Part shown: piece by piece, positions 25,519 through 37,797 of the stretch
Numbering within the stretch: the first letter of the stretch is position 1
Layout: each line of letters begins with the position of its first letter
Origin: Girardia tigrina
Lineage: Eukaryota
Assembly: GCA_001938485.1 (NCBI GenBank)
Contig: MQRK01191251.1
Span: 1-64,000 of the forward strand
Length of the DNA: 64,000 nucleotides
Direction: 5' to 3'
Translations under genes and position numbers: made by a program
Notes under the pieces: model-generated
What the model was told of the DNA's origin: nothing
Databases searched by the model: none
The model's input: only the letters and a program-made list of their open reading frames with translations

Positions 25519-26713
25519 AGCATGCTGGAGGTCAATATAAATAATCGAAGTCATTCAAAATAACAAATCGATGAAAAGCTATATTACTAATGATTCCGAA
25601 CGATCAAAAGATATTTTAACTAGGACGTGAGAGAAGAAATATCGGAATATAAATAATGATGTCAACATTAAAAATAAGATATTTAAAATTCCGTAACAGA
25701 TTCATTTCAAAATGCATGTGCCTTGTTGATCTTCACACTTCCGCAAATGAAAAATGAGGTCATCAAAAGCATTTTAAAAAACATTATCAAACAGTCAACC
25801 AAAATATAACTTAATTCATCTGTCACCTCTGTAAATGGGGATTCTTAAGGCTCTTGAAGGTTTTAAAATGTACAAATTTAATTGTAACTCAATTCGAGCA
25901 GTATGTAAAATGGTGATAATTTTCGAAGTCTCATTCATCTACTTTTACTATTGAAATGTAGAATTTGTAAAGGAGAACCCCAATAGGTACGGCTTTTGAT
26001 TCGCATCGTTCCCAGTGAACTTGCCTGATTAGCTCGGAATAATTAGAATAATATATTTTAATGAATTCCCAAAACACTTCCAACTTTGACTTATGATTGT
26101 GAGAGTATTTGTATGAAAATGAAGAATGTTAAAAAGAATAAAGAATAATGTCATAAAGAATAGCATATTGTTTTGTAGAATATTTGATTACATTAAATTA
26201 TATATTAAGAACAAAATAATAACTTTTGTTGTTTAGACTTCAATTATTATTTATATACTTTTACTCCTTATACTTTCTATAGTAATGATAATATCATTAT
26301 TAATTTGATGATTTATTACGTTGTAGAAAAGGTTATTATGAATATTGAAACTTTTATTTTTGAAAGCATATGGGAAATATGATGTATATCCATTGTAAAA
26401 CAATATTACTCTACGTTGAATAACAAATAGATGGGAACTGTTCCTTCCGCATTTATCATTGTCAAATGCGATTTATACAATGGAAAATTAACCAAAATTA
26501 TTAAAGAAATAATTCAGAGATATTTATCAAATAACCAAATTTGATAAATAGATAATGTGGTCAGACGAAGTGAAGCAAACAATAGTAATTATCATAAAAG
26601 CAGTTGCACGAAAGACAATTGTTAAAGGGAAAGAGTTTTCAATTCAGAAATGAAACATTTAAGGGATTACAAGAAAGACATTAAAAATTTAATTCATACA
26701 AATTAAAAAAAAA

Positions 26714-26754
<41 letters not shown>

Positions 26755-26791
26755 CGAAAATATAATTTGATTAAATCTTTTTTATATAATT

Positions 26792-26833
26792 ATTGGACAT
26801 GTTTCGATGTTTATATACATCATCATCAGCAAT
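26792..26833 (-). ncRNA. Minimal type I hammerhead ribozyme (Penelope pLTR type)
   Basis: Minus strand: AUUG CUGAUGA U GAUGU auauaa ACAUC GAAAC AU GUC^ CAAU. Intact core, 4-bp stem I, 5-bp stem II and palindromic ACAUGU stem III. Confidence 0.75.
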
Positions 26834-26880
26834 TTTCGTATGTTTAGTAAATGAATATTGAATTGTTTGAATAATACAAT

Positions 26881-27300
26881 TTGAATAATACAGTTAAAAA
26901 ACAATTAAAAGAAGTAAATACTGAAGAATACAAACAAATCATTAAAATACCATATTCTGAAGGATTTAGAGCTTTTAAGAAGAGTATTTGTAGAACAATA
27001 AGTAGTGCTAAAGTAGTCTCTGTCACATCCAAAGNNNNNNNNNNNNNNNNNNNNNNNNNNNNNNNNNNNNNNNNNNNNNNNNNNNNNNNNNNNNNNNNNN
27101 NNNNNNNNNNNNNNNNNNNNNNNNNNNNNNNNNNNNNNNNNNNAAATCGTCATCTCAAAACCCGGATTAGCGAGCACTCGCAAATGAGTCGATCGAGTAA
27201 GGTTCTTGATCATTGGTTATGTTGTAAGGATATAACCTCATCCATTTCAAAAGATGAGTTTTATGTTCTACAAACTTGCGTTCACAAGACTCAATATTAT
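26881..27300 (+). pseudogene. Penelope-like element GIY-YIG endonuclease remnant (gapped, interrupted by Tigger)
   Basis: KQIIKIPY..SICRTIS..[gap]..NRHLKTRISEH..SKVLDH..ISKDEFYVLQ. Homologous to 54470-55080. Confidence 0.75.
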
Positions 27301-27307
27301 ATATATA

Positions 27308-29108
27308 CAGTAAACCCTCGGTTTTTGGGCAAAAAATATCAAATTTTGCCCAAAAAACCAAAATCCACCCAAAAAATTAAAAAACATCAAAAAACTAAAT
27401 AAAATTTATGTCAATTTTTTAAAATAATCAGTTATTGTTTTCCCAAATTTAAATTCCTTCCTTAAAAAATTATTAAATTGCATTCTAAACATGATGTATT
27501 CTTTTTGAACATCAAAAGGTATATATTCAATAACATTTTCCAATTCTTTAAGTTTTTCCCATCCCAGCTTAAGTTTATCATAACGAACTTTTTCACAAAT
27601 TTCAGCTGTTCCGGTATCCTCCAGCGGTTCTGATAAATTTTCTTCATAAACCTCAACAATAACGTCCTCTATATCTTCCTCAAGCATATGAATTTTCATA
27701 TTTTGGTTGGTTTCTTCTTTTTGGGAAAATGCCTTTTGAAAACAATTAATAATCGATTCTTTGGATATTAACTCCCAGGCAATAGAAGTAAAAACAATAG
27801 CATTTTTAATATTAATGTTTTTAAATAGATCATTATTTAAATCATCTTCTTCAGTTGCCAAAAATTCAACAAGAGAATTATTGTAATGATCCTTGAATGC
27901 CTTTATCAAACCCATATCCAATGGCTGTGTTATGGCAGTTGTGTTTTTTGGCAAATATAAAAACTCTATTGCTGAAAGTTGGATATTCGGATGGGATTGT
28001 GCATTATCTAAAATAATTAAAATTTTTCTTTTCTCCACTTCCATCTCATTATTAATTTTAATTCACCATTTATCCATAATTTATTTTTATGGATTTTGGG
28101 TCAAACCCACCAAAACACCTTGGTTTTTTTTCTTTGCCTATTACTAGAGGTTCCATTTTATCTGCGCACATATTACAGCAAAGCAATATGGTAAATCTCT
28201 CTTTTATGACTTTAATACCCCTACAATCATCACCGGGTGCGACAAAACTTTTTGAGGGAGGGTTCTGATAGTTAAGTCCTATTTCATCGCAATTCCGCAC
28301 ATCCCGAGGTTCATATTGTCCACGTTTTGTTTAAAGAACATCGTGAAATTCATCTAAATGTTCCAAATCAGCAGATCTTGATTCACCGGCAATTCGTTTA
28401 AACTCCAATTTATTCCGTTTTTTAAAATTCTCCATCCACCCATTAGACGCCTTGAAGTTTTCTAATCCAAGTTTTTTTTGCAATTTTCAGAGCGATGGTT
28501 TTGATTATCATTCCATTTAATGGAATCGATGAAGATCTTAGGCGATTAAAAACTTCCAAGACCAAACCATTAAGCTCTTTATATTTATTAAATGGATTTT
28601 CTATCATAGTTTCTTCCGATTTTTGTTTGTCACATTTTCTTTCATCCCAAATGTTAAGAATATTGTCTAAATTCTTTTTAATTCTAAAAATGGCACCTTT
28701 ATTTGTAGAAAATTTTTCAATTAATTTTCTCTCTGTTGTTTTTTCATCCTTCAAACATTTCGCAATTTCAAATTTTTCGCTCGATGTTAGTTTTTTCGTC
28801 ATTGGGGATAGTGCTTTTTTTCAAAATTTAATATAAATTTAAACAAAATTTAACAAAATTTTTTAAAAAAAGCTTTTAATATTTTAAATTTGGGGAAATT
28901 TTGATACTTATTTCAGACCAAGATTAAATATTATTTTTAGGTTAAAAAATATGCCCCAAAAAACAAAACATAATTTTGCTTTTGGAATAAAACCACAATA
29001 TAAATAATATGTAATAGTGTGATTATCTTAAAACTTGTCCCAAAAACCAAAATTTCCCCAGAAATCAAGGTGCACCACCATAAAGAATGCCCCGGAAACG
29101 AGGGTAGA

Positions 29109-29111
<3 letters not shown>
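27308..29111 (-). mobile_element. Tigger/pogo DNA transposon, full length with frameshifted transposase (28802 to 27406)
   Basis: ~24-bp TIRs CAGTAAACCCTCGGTTTTTGGGCA and TGCCCCGGAAACGAGGGTAGACTG with TA flanks. Peptides include CENP-B-type HTH (IPLNGMIIKTIALKIA, GWMENFKKR), NCDEIGL, KERFTILLCCN, ILIILDNAQSH and QPLDMGLIKAFK. Confidence 0.95.
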
Positions 29112-29147
<36 letters not shown>

Positions 29148-29151
<4 letters not shown>

Positions 29152-29812
29152 GTTGATGCAAAAAAATGTCGTTTTTTAACTGTCAAATTTAAATGAACAT
29201 AACTTTCTTTAGAATTAACTTTATTAGTCAAAATAAAAACCATTATATTGAACACACTATTTTTTTACAAGTTTTTTTACGAACAAGTTTTTTTATTCCG
29301 GTTTAATAAAACTCTGGAGTTCTGGAAGCGATGAAATCGTCCAAGGCTCTTTCAGTATCTCGGTGGTGTCTGAAGCATTTTTCGCGATGGAACTAGCTGA
29401 AATGTTTGAAAAGGTTATAGTCTGTAAGAGAAAGGTCTGGTGAGTACGGAGGATGAGGCAAAGTTTCATATCCCAGTTCGTTTAACTTCAGCATGGTCTT
29501 TCTTGCAACATGTGGACGTGCGTTATCATGCAAAAGAATTGGTTCCTTTCTATAAAGTAATGCATGCCGTTTTTTGTAGTTCTTGGTGCATTTTGTCAAT
29601 TTGCTGACAATACTTTTCCGCTGTAATTGTTTTGCCTTGTTTTAGGAAGCTGTAATGGATTAAACCGTTAGCGGACCACCAAACAGTCACCATGACATTT
29701 TTGGTGTAATTTTGGCTTTGGAAAAGTCTTTGGACCCTCATTGATATCCAACCACTGAGCTGAACGTCGGTGGTTGTCGTATAGGATCCATTTTTCATCG
29801 TATGTTACAATT
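29148..29812 (-). mobile_element. Mariner element, 3' half (catalytic domain), truncated by copy C insertion
   Basis: TIR TTAGGTTGATGCAAAAA at 29148. Peptides IVTYDEKWILYDN, VMVTVWWS, LLHDNARPH and HPPYSPDLSLTDY; frameshifted. Confidence 0.92.
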
Positions 29813-30843
29813 AGTAGGGGGAAAATGGGCATTCTTCCTCAAACCCCGGAGGGGGGTAGCCCGTTGCCATGGCAACGGTCGAGGTTACCATAGCAACGGT
29901 CGCGATCACCCTAGCAACGGCCCCGGTTACCATAGCAACGGTTCTGGTTCACTTGGTAACGGTAACAAGGTCTTAGTTACCATAGCAACGGTAGCCAAGG
30001 GACGTTTTTCATTAGCAACGGATACAGTGATTCAAGGCGGTTGTAACCATGATAACGGTTACCGTATCCATAGCAACCGAAGAAAAAAGTGCTAATCGAT
30101 CGCTGCACAGTGCACAAATGTGCTAATTGATACTTTTAAAGTGCTAATCGATAGTGCACATTGTGCCGCACATTTATAATGTACTAGAACAGTGCTTTTC
30201 AAGCTGCACATGTGCAAAAGTGCAAAATTCAATTCATAAAATTTTTTAAAAGTACTAGGGTCAAAAATCGATATTATATGTTTGATGCACATTTTGATTC
30301 TCTATCTTAATATGCAATTAGAAATTTCATATATTGATTACTTTTTCCTATAATTAACATAATGTGAAAATTTACACAAAATGCACATCAATTTTAGAAG
30401 CACAAGGAAGCAGAATATCAAAAAAGTGCTCATGCACTTGAATAGTAATTTTTGTACGTAAATACAGATTCCACATCAACATTTTCGAAAAAATGCTGAT
30501 AAATTTCGAACATTTCTGAAATTCTCAAAAAAGTGCTCAAAATCTATTTTTTCATAGATATAAAACACATATGATATATGTGTGTTGTTTACCATCAAAC
30601 AATACCTCATAAATTTCCTAATGTACACAAGTATAATCACAAGTACCATGGTACCGTAAACAAGATACATAACTTTTTCTTTTACATGTTAAAACGACTT
30701 GTAAAAACTCCTGTTGTACTTCAAACATGCTTCAATATAATACATAACATCTGCATAATCATCTAATTCACCTGAGCCTAAGCATCGCCTAGGCATCAAC
30801 CATCAAAAGTATCATGGTTACCGTAACCATGATACATAACATT

Positions 30844-30888
<45 letters not shown>

Positions 30889-30947
30889 NNNNNNNNNNNN
30901 NNNNNNNNNNNNNNNNNNNNNNNNNNNNNNNNNNNNNNNNNNNNNNN

Positions 30948-30978
<31 letters not shown>

Positions 30979-31200
30979 CAGTCGAAAACACCTTAGAAAC
31001 CATCATCGTTATCTTAAAAACCATGAAAAACATGTAAAAACCATCAAAATTACACAAAAAAGTGCAAAAATCAATACTGCACTCGTCTGCATATATGCTA
31101 ATCATTACTGCATTAGGCTGCACATGTGCTAATCAATACTGCAATTGTGTAGCCTACCTATGCTTAGTGCAAGTGTGCAAAGTCAATAAGTTCCCAATTG
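29813..31200 (+). mobile_element. Unclassified TIR element, copy C (longest)
   Basis: Starts AGTAGGGGGAAAATGGGCATTC with an X-box array at 29863-30077. Homology to copy A runs to ~30500 and GTGCTAATC motifs recur to ~31150. The right boundary is uncertain. Confidence 0.8.
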
Positions 31201-31237
31201 TACAAAAAGCAATATATTCATGTTTTAATATAACATA

Positions 31238-31518
31238 GTTTAAAGTATAGCAGTATGCCCATATGGTATAGCCTTAGCAGAGGGCGAAGGTAGTAAGATA
31301 TCGAAAATCTGTCTGAACACATGTATAGAAACCCATAGGTAAATAGTCGGAATATGATCTTAGATTCCCGAAAAAACGCACGCATATCGATTATTGAGAT
31401 GTTGTGTTTTATAGTATAAAGTGAGGGAGAATCCCCATAGGGTATAAAGGGTGAAGAAAGCAAAATATCAAAAATCTGTTTGAACACATAGATAGAAACT
31501 CATATATGAATAGTCAGA
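31238..31518 (+). repeat. Imperfect ~110-bp direct repeat pair
   Basis: ATATCGAAAATCTGTCTGAACACATGTATAGAAACCCATA (31298) vs ATATCAAAAATCTGTTTGAACACATAGATAGAAACTCATA (31465). Confidence 0.75.
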
Positions 31519-31756
31519 TTTAATATCAACATTTTTGAAAAAAAATCGATACGTAGTGCTTTTTCGAATATATGCACATTATGTGTACAATTATTATATT
31601 ATAGATATTTATTATATTATGATTTATTACTATGTTATCAACCAATATCGTATCAACCATTCAAAACATGACCGTATCCAAGGTGATATTGTCATGCATT
31701 CGTCGTGTCAACGCATTGCATCCATAATGTCAACGTATTGAATTCATCATATCAAT

Positions 31757-33483
31757 ACATCACATCAATCTAGTTGAGTTAGAAGCGGTTGTGAAGGGGT
31801 TAAACTTAGCAATTGCATGGGGTTTTTCAAACATTGAGTTGAGACTCGACAGTCAGGTTGTTTGTGGGTGGATATCGAATGTGATCGATAACGTGCAAAG
31901 AAACAAAATTAAGGCGGTTTCCGAGATATTGATTCGTAGAAGACTTAACCTGCTCAAAGATATTGTTTCCGAATATACTTTGAAGCTGCGCATGGTCTAC
32001 GTTAGGTCAGAGATGAATTATGCCGACATCTTAACGAGAATCCCTTCACAATGCTCTTTTTAAAGCCGCTCCATGGAAGGTGGCAACGTTCTTTCGGCTT
32101 CATTAGAATTGGATATAGAAAGATTTAAACAAATTCATCGCATATGGGACTCCAGAGATCGATTTTCCTAGCGAAGAAGTTCAAAGTTAACATCAGTAAT
32201 GAGAAAATTCGGCAAATTATCCTTCATTGTAACCGGTGCCAATCTATTGATCATGCACCGGTTCGATGGGAAAAAGGGAGTTTGGATATTGCCGAAACTT
32301 GGAAAAGAATTGCAATTGATGTCACGAAGTTCGTGGAGTCAAGGTTTTTCGCCATCATTGACTTTTATGTTGACATCGCGATTTGCTACCTGGAGACTCA
32401 TTAGAGATGAAGGAGCGCAGGAAGTCATTAAGAATTTGAGAAATGTATTCTTCAAACGTGGAGCTCCTGCTGAGTTGTTAGCGGATAATTATGCGTCTTT
32501 TCATTCCGAATCTTTTACTGCTGAGATGAAGGCCTTGAATATTAATGTAGTGTTTCGAGCCGTGAACAGATCGAGTTGGAATGGAATTATCGAAAGGAGC
32601 CACCGCGAGAGCTGGAAATGGGATCCAGGAAGTGGTTTACTGGATGAATAACACTCCCGGAATAAGCGATAAGCTACCAGTCGAATTCCTTTATGGGTAT
32701 AAGCCTCGGTTGAAGTTGATCGGTATCTCAACCGATCAAGCAAGTAATGGAACCTTTTGTTCAATTAAATTCAGGGTTGGAGAAAAGGTTTGGGTGAAAC
32801 CAAACCAGATCCAGCGCTGTAATGAAAGGCAAACAGAAGGAGTCATTAAAGAAGTAATTAGTTCACTTAATTTTTTTGTCTCCATGAGAAATGTTGATTC
32901 GTTGCGTCATCTCGCTGACCTAAGATCGCGATCCGAGTTGAATGTCTCGGAGCTGAGCGATTCTCCTCATCGTGCTGATGACTCACCGAGCGATCATCCA
33001 AACACGGTTCCAGTTGACATGGAATCCGTAGTCCGAGAGCGTCGACCGCCAACGAGATTTCAGGACTATGTCTCATGGGACGATTTATATTCTTATGAAT
33101 CTGGGAGAGATGTAGAATGAGACATATTAATATTTGTTTTTCTGAGTTATTGAAATAATAAATATATATTTTCCGTCGTTCGAAGTACAGTTACATTAAC
33201 AGATTCCTGAATAATGAGGAAAAAGAAATTAATATTTAGACGTTTTATGTTCTTCGCGGTAGATGATGGAAGACTATGTTGTTCGAACGGAAGGAATTTG
33301 TATAAATAACTCGAAAATAGTGTATCGTCACTTCGTACCCGACTGGTTTGATAAATTATCTCACTGTAAATTATTACGATTTATTTTTTAATTTTTCGTT
33401 CGATTGATTGATTGATTTTTAAAATTTTATTTATTTTATATTTTATTGTATTATTACGTAACTATTATTATATCTCTTCCACG
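31757..33483 (+). mobile_element. Ty3/Gypsy RNase H-integrase remnant with PPT and 3' LTR
   Basis: HHINLVELEAVVKGLNLAIAWG..LDSQVV..NYADILTR (RNase H); C..CQSID, WKRIAIDVT, APAELLADN and NGIIERSHR (integrase). PPT GGGAGAGA then LTR from TGTAGAA at 33111. Same lineage as 1697-4483. Confidence 0.9.
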
Positions 33484-36400
33484 CACTGCAGTGGCCGCCA
33501 AAGGTAAGGCCCTCCAGTAAGCACATAGGAAGAGATCATACATAAAATATATGTAAACATCTACATAATTTTAATATATATACTAATATATTTGTGTTTA
33601 GGTAGGTAACTACACCAATTTATAATTATTTATATATTTATATTTTTTGGGGGATCCTTACTTACATCTTCTAATTCCGTTCAAAAAACATAAAATTCTT
33701 CGATGAAAATTGATGTTAAACAATCATTCAATATTTCATAATGTTAAAAAGGAATTTAATTAAAAAAATATATATTTTAGACCTTAAAATTGTACATTTT
33801 AAAGAATATTTTAATTAATATTTTATTGGTTGAATTTGATTGGCAAATTTGTTCAAACAATTATTGGATAAAAAATAATCAAAAATTGAATAAAGAAATG
33901 ATAATAATTTTAAAAGAAATATAATAAATCTATAACTAATAATAATGGACAACGAAACTGGAACTTGCAATCTTCAGTTGATAAATGAGAAATACGCCCC
34001 CCAAAATCCGGAAAGTAAAGTCGAACTGCCCAATGTTAATTTTTCAATTAATAAAAAACGAAACTTTTTCAAAAGATATTCTTGGAAAAGAAGGAATTCT
34101 CTACAATCTTATAGAAAAAGTAAGATTATTAAATACGATTTATTTTTTTTAAATTTCCTAATAACATTAAAAATAAGAATAATATAAAAATATTATATAT
34201 ATTACTTTATATATTATTTATATATTATAAAAAATATATATTTATTAAATGAATTTTATAAGGTAATATATTTAATTTTAATTTTTCAGAAAGAGATTAA
34301 AAAAATTTAAATTTATATATTGTGAATTGTTAAAAGAAACATATTTTTCGAATTATTAAACTTTCTATAATTAAAAATATTTTTATTATTTCTTTCAGGA
34401 ATAAAGGAAAATTTAAAAAAATAATTATAATTTTAAAAAAATAATATAATTATAATCAATATATACATTTTCTTTAATTTTTTATTTTTATTCTTATAAT
34501 ATATTAAAATATTTATTATTAAAATTATTATTATTATTTTTTTAATTTTTATTATTAATACCTGTTAGCTAATTTTATTAAAATAAATAGGCTAAAATTA
34601 AAGGATAATAACAATTTTTTCTTTTATCTGATTTTCTTGATGATTAATTAGATGTTCGGTAGAAGAAAAAAAACAAGTTTGATTTATTTTCCAATTTGTT
34701 TTCGGATTTAATTTTCGTTGCTCGATTATAAAATTGTCTATTATTTAATTAATATTAATTATTAGTTTTTTATTAAATTTTACATAGACGTTTTATTATT
34801 AATTTCTTGTCTTTAAAAGGAAATAATTTTTTTTCTTTTTGATGATATTTTGGTTATTAAAAATTCCATAAATAAAATTTAAATTATTTTTTTTCATTCG
34901 ATCAATATATTAATTATCTTTGATAATTTAATTTTAATTTCGGTTATAATATTCTTACGATTTTTCATTTCTTACATTTTAATTAAAAACACAGCAATAT
35001 ATTTGTTAATTAAAATTTAAAGTAATTCACAGTATAAATTTANNNNNNNNNNNNNNNNNNNNNNNNNNNNNNNNNNNNNNNNNNNNNNNNNNNNNNNNNN
35101 NNNNNNNNNNNNNNNNNNNNNNNNNNNNNNNNNNNNNNNNNNNNNNNNNNNNNNNNNNNNNNNNNNNNNNNNNAAATTATATCAGATTTTATTTTTTCAT
35201 TTTTCATTCTAAAACTAATTTTTCCTTATATTATATCAATAGATCTGAACATAATATTTATATTGAATAATTTAAATTAATTAAATAATAAAATTTGATA
35301 TTTATTATCTCTTAATAAAACAATTTATTAAAGAATGCAATTTAATTAAAAATATAATTAATATAGATTTAATTAATACGTATATTATATTTCTTTTAAA
35401 AAAAGATGTTTTTTATTATTTTGAAGATTAAAAAAATTATGAAATTTCTCTTAAAATATTTATATTTTGCTTTCAAAAATATTTATTATACTAATTTGAA
35501 CTAGTTAACAATTTTTTATGCTTATTGGTTTTGGCTTTTCCTGAGCCTTTTTTATGGAGTGTTCCTAAGAGTTTTTAGTTAAGTATTTTTTTAAATAAAA
35601 ATAATCTTTATAAATGGCTTAATTATTTGCAATATGTGTAACATATTGTATGATTATTATTATTCAATAAAATTTAAGATTTTATAGTAGTGTAAAGATT
35701 GTTTTTTAAAATTAAATTATTAAAAATATTTATATTTCGACAAATATTATTTATTATGACAATTTTCATAATTATAATAACAATTTCAAATTCCGGACGA
35801 CGTAAAGAAAAAAACTCTTACTACATTTTATTTTTTTGTAAAAATGAAACCTTTATACTCTGATATAATATTTTTTTTAAAGTATAAAAATTTTTCATAA
35901 AAAAAGTGCAAAACTTAAATCAAACCAGAGATAAATATGTTTTTATAAAAGTACCACGACTAAGAGAAAAAGGAAACCAACATAAACTGTATATTTATCA
36001 AAAGAGCAACAATATTATGTAAGACGGAGGCTATGTAGGAGGACATCAAGAAGATCCAGGTGGTCATAAAGACAGACAGCGCAGTCACTGAGTATCTTCG
36101 CAATTCGATAAAAGATCTGTCCGAGAAGACCCTTTTGGTCAACAAGGCACTCGTGAGGTTCAATGAAAACAATACTATTCTAGCCACCGCAGTTCTTATG
36201 TCAGCCGAGTCGATTATCGACGGGATCCATTGTATCGTGAAATTCGTCAGTACCTTCTCCCAATTGATCGATGGTGCGACCAGTCTAGAATTTTCCGAGA
36301 CATTGAAGTTGTTCTAGAACAAATCAAGCAACATCGTCGTGGAGTACAAGATTGATGAATCTTAGACCGGAAGTCTCAAATTGAGTGGTGGGGATCGATT

Positions 36401-37761
36401 TTTAGATATATCTGCCAGTAAAAAGGTGCCTGTTCACAGAGATCCCGAAAAAAACATAAATGTCTATAAAATTATGAAAGCCAACTGAGACATGTAGAAT
36501 CTTTTCATTTCTGACGATAAGATTCTATGAAAGAAATTTTTTGAATAAGTTTTAGATTCTAAGAATGATTTGTAAATATGAAAAACTATATTGAAAAGGC
36601 TTTGTCCCTTCATTAATTTAAATACATTGACTGAATACATTGAATATTAAAAAATCTTTTGGTATTATTTTCACGGAGAACACTTATAAGATAGTCAACG
36701 CCATAGCATCATCACAATCTGAATTTACTCTTGAACAACTCTCAACAAAATTTCTTCAGGTAACATTAAAAACATTAGAAGATTTAAGAATCTTTAAAAA
36801 ATAATTATTTGGACCAATATTTCCATTTTATACAATTTGTTTAATACAAATATTAGTGAGATTATAAAACAATAAATATAAATAAATTATAATTAAATTA
36901 ATTTACTGATAAAACTGGAAGAAATTAATAAACTACCATCACAGAAGGATATTATTTCAAATAGCAGAAATACCACACGGATCAAGTGAGGTATGGAAGT
37001 CGAGAACGACACGTAGTAACCAAAAAACACTTACAGTAACCCGAAATAGTCACCACTAAAAAGGAAAAGTTCAATAGTTTGGTATGGCAGAAGCTGTTGC
37101 TAGGGAACCTAGTAAAGTCTGGATAAGTAATTGGAGCGATTTAGAATCTTTTGTGAGGCTTGGGGTTTGGAGATTGAACGAACTAGATTTGTTGATTTGG
37201 TTTGCTCCGAGAAATCGTGGAAGCGAACAATGGCTGTTCGTTTCGGCAGATGATAATACTCGGAGGATTAATATGGAGAGGTATAAATAGTTTTTTACTA
37301 ATCACTTTTGACTCTCGACATAAGGAAAAAAACAACCAAACAATACAAATTAATGTTAGTTGTTAATATTTCTTAATCATTAATTAACTATGAATATCTT
37401 AATCGATTTGATTTTAAAATTTTAAATTAATTTTTTAATAATAATCAATATATGATAAAATATGAATAACAGATAATATAAATAAGTAAAATAATATAAT
37501 AAATAAAAACGTAGTATATTAAATGTAGTATACACTGGGACAATAGACCGATGGCATGAGTCTAAATGCGTGTCACGTAAAGTTCTGGCAGTGGTAAGTC
37601 CTTCCCTGGACTCGAAAGCAGCAGTAATAAGCTCTCAATACATCGGTCGTTCTTAGGAATATTATATAGGGAGTTGGTAAATGCGGCCTCCAACAGGGCG
37701 GGGACCTGTTGGTTCACACAGTCTCTATCCAACCGTCACTGGTAGGAAGATATATGATCAT

Positions 37762-37797
37762 TTATCAATGATTAATAATAATAATAATCATTGATAA
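37762..37797. repeat. Perfect 13-bp inverted repeat around an (AAT)n loop
   Basis: TTATCAATGATTA ... TAATCATTGATAA. Confidence 0.8.

Noticed and set aside
29863-29990. CRISPR-like regularly spaced repeats
   Set aside because: 14-bp motifs with ~7-bp similar spacers, eukaryotic context and no cas genes.
36511-36540. CTGACGA...GAAA hammerhead-like core (also 59170-59205 minus)
   Set aside because: No credible stems in the first, and the second lacks GAAA.
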